DNA of 64,000 nt from Candidatus Brocadiia bacterium (GTDB lineage: Bacteria > Planctomycetota > Brocadiia > CAIUPP01), in NCBI GenBank assembly GCA_050015075.1, contig JBEKCB010000017.1:34498-98497 (forward strand), in the 5' to 3' direction. The notes beneath the pieces are model-generated. The model had not been told where the DNA came from and did not search any database. It was given only the letters and a program-made list of their open reading frames with translations. The position numbers were made by a program, and so were the translations under genes. Each line of letters starts with the position of its first letter. Within the stretch, counting starts at the first letter, position 1. Shown one piece after another: positions 57,323-64,000 of the stretch.

Positions 57323-58776
57323 GACGCCTCCTTCGGCAGTTCGACGCAGACCATGGTCGTCAGGTCGCGCAGGATCAGGCGGCCCGCCGCGACGGCGATC
57401 GGTCCCCACGCGTCGTTGCCTTCCAGCAATTTTGCTGAGGCGATTTCCTGGTAACCGGAAGGGCTCGCCTGGGCGACGTGCAGCGTGCCGTCCTCGTCGC
57501 TCAGCGCGAACAGCAGACCGTCGGCCAGGATGAACGGCCCCAGCCCGAACCGCCTCGGCGCGCTGCTCCAGAGGCGGCGGCCGTCGAGGTCGAGGCAGGC
57601 GAGTTCTCCCGGCGGCGTGATGCCGTAGATGTGCCCGTCGTAGAGGATCGGCGTCTGCTGGTCGGCGCCGAAGACGGCGACCTTCAGGCGAAAAAGTTCT
57701 TCAGTGTCGAGCCGGTCGCCATCGCCTTTGATCCGCACCATGACGCTGCCGTTGTTATAGCCGCCGGAGAAGAACACGCGCTCGCCGTCAATCACCAGCG
57801 GCGAGGGCACCATCGCCAGGGCGATCTTCCAGTCCGGCTTCCGCCAGAGCACCTTGCCGTCGCTCGCTGAAACGCCAACCACGCCGCCGGTGGTGCAATA
57901 AATGTACTGCCGCTGGCCATGGTAATCCATCGGCATGATGGAGGAATGCGTCATGCCCCAGCCGCCCGTTCGATTCTCCTCAGGGCGGCCCTGAGCAATT
58001 GTCGAAGGGCCGCCGGCGTTCGGCGTCTGCCACAGGACGCGCCCGCTGGCCAGCTCCACCGCCATCATCAGCGGGTCGCCGCCGGGCGCCAGGACCACCG
58101 CGTCGCCGTCAATGATCGGGCATTGGCCGGCGTACCAGGGCGGCACGGTGGCGCCGAACTGCTTGACGAGATCGAGTTTCCAGACCAGCTTTCCCGTCCG
58201 CGCTTCCAGGCAGGTCACGTGGCACATCGGGCCGAGGCTGACCACGAAGCGGTCGTTGACGGCGGGCACGGTGCGCGACATGCCGTGGTTGCGCAGGACC
58301 TTGACCGAGTAGGTATAGCGCCAGATCTCGCGCGCATCGTCGAGCGACAGGCAGCGAATGGCGTCTTCCTTTTTTGTAGCGTCGTAGTCCACGAGGTAGA
58401 CGCAGCCGTTGGCGATTGCGGCGCCCGCGTGCCCTTCGCCGACGGGCAGTTTCCACAGCACCTTCGGCCCGCCCTGCGGCCACGCGCGGGCCAGGTGCAG
58501 CGGCTCGCGGACGATGTTCGTCCGGTCCGCGCCTCGAAACCCCGGCCAGCTTCCGGTCAGTTGCGACGGAGCGCCGGGACCGGCGATGGTGGTGCCGGTG
58601 TTGATCGGCCCCGCAGCGGCGGCGGACTTCGACTCGAACCCCAGCGATTCCTCCTGGCCGGGAAGCCGCGGCTTCACGTTCTCCGTCCGCGTGGCGTGGA
58701 GCCATACGGCGAGCGCCGCCACGCCGGCCGCCGCGATGACGGCCGGCAGAATGAACTCCAGCCTGCGCCCGCTCAT
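57319..58776 (-). CDS. PQQ-like beta-propeller protein
   Basis: TM anchor, WPGFRG, propeller repeats. Confidence 0.85.
   Translation of the reverse strand: MSGRRLEFILPAVIAAAGVAALAVWLHATRTENVKPRLPGQEESLGFESKSAAAAGPINTGTTIAGPGAPSQLTGSWPGFRGADRTNIVREPLHLARAWPQGGPKVLWKLPVGEGHAGAAIANGCVYLVDYDATKKEDAIRCLSLDDAREIWRYTYSVKVLRNHGMSRTVPAVNDRFVVSLGPMCHVTCLEARTGKLVWKLDLVKQFGATVPPWYAGQCPIIDGDAVVLAPGGDPLMMAVELASGRVLWQTPNAGGPSTIAQGRPEENRTGGWGMTHSSIMPMDYHGQRQYIYCTTGGVVGVSASDGKVLWRKPDWKIALAMVPSPLVIDGERVFFSGGYNNGSVMVRIKGDGDRLDTEELFRLKVAVFGADQQTPILYDGHIYGITPPGELACLDLDGRRLWSSAPRRFGLGPFILADGLLFALSDEDGTLHVAQASPSGYQEIASAKLLEGNDAWGPIAVAAGRLILRDLTTMVCVELPKEAS
57961..58014. repeat. In-frame palindromic element inside the propeller CDS
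   Basis: gcccgttcgattctcctcagggc-g-gccctgagcaattgtcgaagggc flanked by GCCGCC direct repeats 48 bp apart. Confidence 0.65.
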
Positions 58777-59939
58777 CCGGCACCTCCGGCAGGGCCGAAG
58801 CAGTAGACCGCTCCGTCGCGGGCGCCGATCACGAGCCGTTCCTCGCCGACGGCGGGCGATGCCTCGATCTCCGCGCCGGCCGCGAAGCTCCACACTTTCG
58901 CGCCGTCGGCGACCTCCAGCGCATAGAGCGTCCCGTCGTTGCTCCCGAAGAAAACGCGGTCGCCGGCGATGACCGGCGAGGAATCAATCTCGCCGCGCGC
59001 CATGAACTTCCACAGCTCGCGGCCGTCCGCCTTGGCCATGCAGCGCACGATGCCGTCCTGCCCGGCGAAAATCACCCGGTCGCCGGAGAGCGCGGGCGAC
59101 GCGCGGAAATGCATGTCCTCGGCGACTTTGACGTCCCAGACTTTCCGCAGCTCATGCGATTCGCCCGGCCTGAGGACGCCGGACGGATCGGCGCAGTACA
59201 TGTGGTTGTCGTAGGTTGAGTCGAAAATGCGCTTGCCGTCGAAGGCGGGCGACGATGCGACGTTGAAACTGAGTTGCAGGATGCCGCGCTGGGTTCCGGC
59301 GGCCGCGTCTATCACGCGCAATTGGGCGTCGCATCCGCCGATGACCACCGCGCCGTCCGCGACGCACGGGCTGGCGTGAAGCTCGGCGTCGGTCTGGAAT
59401 TTCCAGACGACCTTGCCCGTGTCCTGCGCGAGGCAGTAGAGAAAGTGGTCGTAAGAGCCGAAGAGGACGTTGGCGCCGATGAAGTTCGCGGAGCCGACGA
59501 TCTGGCCGGCGGCCTCGAAGGTCCAGAGTTTCTCGCCGGTCGCGGCGCTGACGGCGTGGAAGACGCCCTGGCTGGTGCCGAAGAACAGCTTCCCGTCCCG
59601 AATCCCCGGCGCGGCCTCGATGGCGCCCTGCGCCTTATAGCGCCACTTCACTTTGCCGGTCGCGAGATCAATCGCCAGCAGTTCGCCCTTCATCGTGCCC
59701 AGATAAGCGACTCCGTCCTGGATCGCGGCGGTGGATTCGACGGGCGCGCCGGCTTCGCAGGTCCACAGGAGTTTCAACCGGTCGGAGAGCGGGCAGGCCG
59801 CGACGCCGGTCTGGGCGGCGTTGCCGCGGAACGTCGGCCACGGCGCGGGCTTCTCCCGATCCGCGGCCAGGCAGGTCAGCGCCGCGGCGCAGATCAGGGC
59901 GATCCGCCAGGCAGGAATTGCGGCCGACGTTCTCGACAA
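58773..59939 (-). CDS. PQQ-like/BamB beta-propeller protein
   Basis: Signal peptide, WPTFRGN, SSP...G..DG..Y repeats; TTG start with AAGGA SD. Confidence 0.85.
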   Translation of the reverse strand: MSRTSAAIPAWRIALICAAALTCLAADREKPAPWPTFRGNAAQTGVAACPLSDRLKLLWTCEAGAPVESTAAIQDGVAYLGTMKGELLAIDLATGKVKWRYKAQGAIEAAPGIRDGKLFFGTSQGVFHAVSAATGEKLWTFEAAGQIVGSANFIGANVLFGSYDHFLYCLAQDTGKVVWKFQTDAELHASPCVADGAVVIGGCDAQLRVIDAAAGTQRGILQLSFNVASSPAFDGKRIFDSTYDNHMYCADPSGVLRPGESHELRKVWDVKVAEDMHFRASPALSGDRVIFAGQDGIVRCMAKADGRELWKFMARGEIDSSPVIAGDRVFFGSNDGTLYALEVADGAKVWSFAAGAEIEASPAVGEERLVIGARDGAVYCFGPAGGAG

Positions 59940-60055
59940 TGTGCGTTCCTTAACGATCCTTCGCCCGGCGATGCCGTCATTCGGAGCACATTAGCCGCGC
60001 CAACGGCTGCGCGGCTGGTGCATGAGTAGGAAATGCGCGCTGGGCGCGCATTTTC

Positions 60056-63000
60056 TTAGGAGCGCAGGGATGGCAGCAACTCGCCTCGGACGGAGACCGC
60101 CGCCGCGAACGCACAACTGAGTAACCCGGCAATCAGGCAGGCGGAAAGCATCCCGCCCAGCGACAGCCAATTCACGTCGGCGAGCGCCGAAACGGCGTGG
60201 GGCACGACGGCCACCAGCGCCGCTGAACTCCCCACCGCCAAACCCAGAAGCAGAAGGATGCCGTGCTCAATCACTATCATAGCAACGACTTGCCGTCGTC
60301 GCAAACCCAGCGCCAGCAGCATCGCCAGCTCGCCGCGCCGCTCGACCACGCTCCGCAGCAGCACGGTCACGATGCCGAATGTGCCCAGCAGCAGTCCGAG
60401 TCCGCCGAGGGTCTCGAACGTCGCCAAGTAGGTGTTCTGGACCCGCGCGTAACCAGCCAGCACGTCCGCCGTCCGCCGCACGTCGAAGCCCAGTTCGCCC
60501 AGGTTCTCTCTGAGCGCTTTGGCCACCGCCGCTTCTTGGCCGGGCGGAGTCTCGACGAGGAAGAACCGGTAACCCGGACGGTCCGCGAAATGTCGGCGGA
60601 ATTGCGCGTCGCTGATGAGCAGTTCGCCCTGGAAGACGCTGTCCGCCAGCAGCCCGACGATCTTCAGCCGGACCGGCTTGCCCGACGAATCCGTGACGCG
60701 GACTTCATCACCGAGCCCGACGTGCAGCACCCACTCCGCGCTCGTCGCGTCCGCGAATGCCGGGATCGGCGCGTCGCTGTGCTCATCGCTCTCCAGGAGC
60801 GCCCACGGGTTCGCCGATCCCTGCTGCGGCGCCGTGAAGCTGAAGCCGCCACGCTCCACCAGTTCGTGCGGCACACCGAGGACTCGCGGCTGGGCCGGCT
60901 GCTGGATATTCAGGCAACTGGCGTCATCTCCGGCGGTCATGCGGAACGAAAGGAACTTCGTCCGCGCGAGTTTGCCGGCGGTTTCGGGCGGCAGGCCGAG
61001 CGCCTCGCGGCCGGCGGCGGTGTTCAGATCGGTCATTATCGGAACGTCACTTCGCGCGAGAAGCGAAAATCCGCCCGCGCCGGAGCGGAGTTCCGCGGTG
61101 TTCGCGCGCGACAGGTCTTTCCGGTTCGCCGCCACCACCACGATGATGAAGCTCGCGCACGCGATGAGGCCGGCGGTGAGCAGGCTCCGCACCCAGTCGC
61201 GCGACGCGCCGCGCCAACCCAGCCGCCAGAGGGAAACTTTCTCAGCCGGCGCGCGCTCGGCCCGCTGGAATCCCGCACAGGCCAGCGCCAGGAATCCGGC
61301 GAGCAAGCATGCGCCGCCGCCCAGGAACGCGCCTTCGGCCGAACCGGTCGCCAGCAGTCCGCACGCCAGCAGTCCCGCCGCCAGGACCAGCGCGGCGATG
61401 CCGATTCCGAGCGCGCGCCGGCGAATGCGCCTCTGCGGCTGCGCGGCCATCGCGCGCCAGCCGGCGAGCAGACGCAGCGTCGGCGTCAGGCGCAACAGTC
61501 GAGCGGCCCAGATGACGGCGGCCGCGGAGACGAGGAACCCCGCGACCGCGCCGATCGCCAGGCTCAGCGGCGTCACATGCAGGGTGAGACTCAAATCTCC
61601 GACCGCGCCCGCCCATCGCGTCCGAAGCGCGCGGATGATCAGCCATGCATAGCCGATGCCCGCGGGCACGCCGAGCAGCACGCCGGCCGCGCCGAGGAGG
61701 AATCCCTCGCCGACGAGAACGCGCGCCGCGCTTCGAGCCGTGAAGCCGGTGGCCGACATGATCCCGAACTGGCTCGCGCGCCGCTCGACGGCCAGCCGCA
61801 GCAGCAGTCCGACCATGCCCGCCGCGGCCGCCACGAGGAAGAAACTCATCGAGAGAAAGATCACGCCGAAATCCGTTGTGCCCTTCGCGGTCGCCAGCGC
61901 CTGCGCGCGCACCGGCTGAACCGCCAGGCCGAAGTCGGACGCGAGGCCGCGGCGGAACGCGCTCTCAAAACACTCCGCCGCCGCCTTCAACGACATTCCT
62001 TCCGGCGGGACCAGCGCGACGGACGTGAGGCCGCCGTACGGCGATGCCGCTGCGCTCTCCTGCGCCCCGGGCCAGAAGCTGCGGACGACGTCCAGCGGCA
62101 GGAATGCCTTCGGCACGGTGCGGTACTGCCGCCAGTAGGCTTCGTCGGCGGGAGTGATCAATTTCGCGTCTATCGCGAAGGGCAGGTCCCAGTCCGCGAT
62201 GCTGACGGCATCGGTGATCCCCTCGAACTCCGGCACAAGTCCCTGGTCCAGCGCCGCGCCTTCCATGGCCACGATGCCGCGCACCTGCGCCTTCCAGGGT
62301 CCGATTGAGTCGCCCACTCGCGCGCCAAGGGCCTGCGCCGCCCACGCGTTCAGGAGGATGTCGTTCTTGCCGAGCGCCGGAGGCGCGCCGCCGCCGGCCA
62401 TCGGGAGCGGTCCGGCAGGGGCCGCGCGCGGGTCCAAACCGGCAACCAGGCAATAGTGAATCGCGGCTTCGTGAGTCTCGGGGACCATCCGCTCGAGCGT
62501 GGTCACCAGGTAGATCGAAGACGGCCGATAGCTCATCCCGAATTCGCCCGCAATGTGTTCGGCGCGGGCGACGGCGGCGGGCGGCAGCACAATTTGGCCG
62601 CTCTGCAGCGCCAGGTAACCGAACTCCGGGTCCGGCCTCAGCCGCAGGCCGCAATCCGTCAGCCGCCAGGACGCGGCCAGCGCGTCCGCGAGCGCAGCCG
62701 CCTGCCCCTCGGCCGCGGCTTGAGCGGCTCTGCGGCCGATAAGGATCGCGTTCGCCTGCGCCGGTTGCTTCAACTGCGCCTGGAGCCAGTCGAGGGCAAC
62801 GTAGAGGTTCCTCGGCGGCGACGATTCCTGCCGCAGGCTGAACGCGCCGATCCCGCGCGAAGGAATAATCCGCCCGACGACGAGCCTGAGCGTGCGCGTC
62901 GTCTGCGCGCGGCTTCGGCGCATGAAGATCGAGTCCGCCGGAGCGTCCTGCTCGCGGCCGAGGGTCAGCAGGACCGCGTCGCCCTCGGAAATCCCGAGGT

Positions 63001-63442
63001 CCGCGGCGAGCGTGGAATTGACGACGATCCGGCGCTCCTGCGGCGGGCTGAAAGGCTCGACGGCAATGTTCGAGAATTCCGGCGGGACGCCGATGACGTT
63101 GACCCGATTGACGACCGCGCCGCCTTCGGCGGGTTTCACCGCGCCAACGGCCAGAATGGCGGGCACGGCGAAATCGGCGGCGCCTTTCGCCTGCGGTTGC
63201 GCGAGGAGGTCCGCCGCCAACTGCTCGCGGAAGAACGCGGGCGACTCGACCGCATATTCGACGCGCCCGAGCCGCTCGATCGCCAGGTCGTGCAGGCTGC
63301 CGCGGACGGAATCCCCGACGAGCAGTGATCCGACGAGCGCTGCGACGGCGATCGCGCAGCCCAGCGCCACGGCCAGGTTCGTCCGCCAGTAGTACCGCAG
63401 GTTCCGCCGGACCAGGCCGCTGATGGTGAGAGCTTGTTTCAT
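60056..63442 (-). CDS. Double FtsX/MacB-type ABC permease
   Basis: Two permease modules (ERRASQFGIM.ATG, ERRGELAMLLALG) with large periplasmic domains. Confidence 0.88.
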   Translation of the reverse strand: MKQALTISGLVRRNLRYYWRTNLAVALGCAIAVAALVGSLLVGDSVRGSLHDLAIERLGRVEYAVESPAFFREQLAADLLAQPQAKGAADFAVPAILAVGAVKPAEGGAVVNRVNVIGVPPEFSNIAVEPFSPPQERRIVVNSTLAADLGISEGDAVLLTLGREQDAPADSIFMRRSRAQTTRTLRLVVGRIIPSRGIGAFSLRQESSPPRNLYVALDWLQAQLKQPAQANAILIGRRAAQAAAEGQAAALADALAASWRLTDCGLRLRPDPEFGYLALQSGQIVLPPAAVARAEHIAGEFGMSYRPSSIYLVTTLERMVPETHEAAIHYCLVAGLDPRAAPAGPLPMAGGGAPPALGKNDILLNAWAAQALGARVGDSIGPWKAQVRGIVAMEGAALDQGLVPEFEGITDAVSIADWDLPFAIDAKLITPADEAYWRQYRTVPKAFLPLDVVRSFWPGAQESAAASPYGGLTSVALVPPEGMSLKAAAECFESAFRRGLASDFGLAVQPVRAQALATAKGTTDFGVIFLSMSFFLVAAAAGMVGLLLRLAVERRASQFGIMSATGFTARSAARVLVGEGFLLGAAGVLLGVPAGIGYAWLIIRALRTRWAGAVGDLSLTLHVTPLSLAIGAVAGFLVSAAAVIWAARLLRLTPTLRLLAGWRAMAAQPQRRIRRRALGIGIAALVLAAGLLACGLLATGSAEGAFLGGGACLLAGFLALACAGFQRAERAPAEKVSLWRLGWRGASRDWVRSLLTAGLIACASFIIVVVAANRKDLSRANTAELRSGAGGFSLLARSDVPIMTDLNTAAGREALGLPPETAGKLARTKFLSFRMTAGDDASCLNIQQPAQPRVLGVPHELVERGGFSFTAPQQGSANPWALLESDEHSDAPIPAFADATSAEWVLHVGLGDEVRVTDSSGKPVRLKIVGLLADSVFQGELLISDAQFRRHFADRPGYRFFLVETPPGQEAAVAKALRENLGELGFDVRRTADVLAGYARVQNTYLATFETLGGLGLLLGTFGIVTVLLRSVVERRGELAMLLALGLRRRQVVAMIVIEHGILLLLGLAVGSSAALVAVVPHAVSALADVNWLSLGGMLSACLIAGLLSCAFAAAVSVRGELLPSLRS

Positions 63443-63446
63443 GCTG

Positions 63447-63547
63447 TTGGAAGATTGGGAAACTGGGAGATTGGGAGATTGCGAAAAAGCGCGGCGCTTA
63501 ATCTCCTAATCTCCAAATCACCCAATCTCCTAATCTCCTGATTTCCC
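63447..63547. repeat. Octamer inverted repeat element
   Basis: gattgggaaactgggagattgggagatt ... aatctcctaatctccaaatcacccaatctcctaatctcc. Confidence 0.7.
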
Positions 63548-64000
63548 TTTCTCATGCAGCGCCCCCGCGCGCAGTTCCAGGCATCGGCCGAAGAGCCGGG
63601 CGAATTCCAGGTTGTGCGTGACGACGATCAGCATCGCGCCGCGCTCGCGGGCGAGTTCCAGGAATAGCGCGCCCACTTCGGCGGAGGTCTCCGGGTCGAG
63701 GTTGCCGGTCGGCTCGTCGCAGAGCAGCAGCGGCGGCCCGTTGACCAGCGCGCGCGCGACGGCCACGCGCTGGCGCTCGCCGCCGGAAAGCTGCGCCGGG
63801 AACGAGTGCAGGCGGTCCTTCAGACCGACGCGCTCCAGCAGCTCGCGCGCGCGGCCGGCGCCGCCCCGCGACGCAGGCGGCACGGCCAGCGTCGGCAGGA
63901 GCACGTTCTCGATTGCGGTGCACTGCGGCAGCAGGTGATGGTCCTGGAAGACGAAGCCGACGCGGCGGCTTCGGAAATCCGCCAGCGCGGTCCCTTCGAG
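63530..64000 (-). CDS. ABC transporter ATP-binding protein (LolD-like), 5' end beyond the window
   Basis: GFVFQDHHLLP, LSGGERQRVA, LLCDEPTGNLD, VTHN. Confidence 0.92.
   Translation of the reverse strand, partial: LEGTALADFRSRRVGFVFQDHHLLPQCTAIENVLLPTLAVPPASRGGAGRARELLERVGLKDRLHSFPAQLSGGERQRVAVARALVNGPPLLLCDEPTGNLDPETSAEVGALFLELARERGAMLIVVTHNLEFARLFGRCLELRAGALHEKGKSGD

Overview
High-GC bacterial window. The gene content (zinc-ribbon membrane proteins, many PQQ-like propellers, HARE-HTH protein) suggests a Planctomycetota/PVC-like anaerobe, which is an inference. (1) 1-11.96 kb is the right end of a satellite- or prophage-like element integrated at tRNA-Cys. It carries a tyrosine integrase, an AlpA-type protein, a prim-pol primase/helicase with an iteron-like inverted repeat, an HNH nuclease, and a split nrdR behind a promoter with tandem NrdR boxes. 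(2) 12-42 kb is host metabolism: a cysK/aspartate-semialdehyde sulfurtransferase/Rrf2 sulfur operon, tRNA-Ile2, an LRR protein with a CAAX-type protease, msrAB, arsenosugar-type radical SAM and glycosyltransferase genes, an RND pump, a DEAD-box helicase, and ArsR-aquaglyceroporin-CobW and thioredoxin/CcdA genes. (3) 42.3-64 kb is a long minus-strand cluster: ABC transporter, four PQQ-like propellers, an NHL propeller, membrane/Tat ferredoxins, a NuoEF fusion and a NuoG-N/GltD-like flavoprotein. This cluster is interrupted by a lower-GC UG/Abi-type reverse transcriptase. Downstream of the RT is a repeat-structured, promoter-bearing element with a second copy at 23.4 kb. All calls come from reading motifs by eye; no database searches were run.
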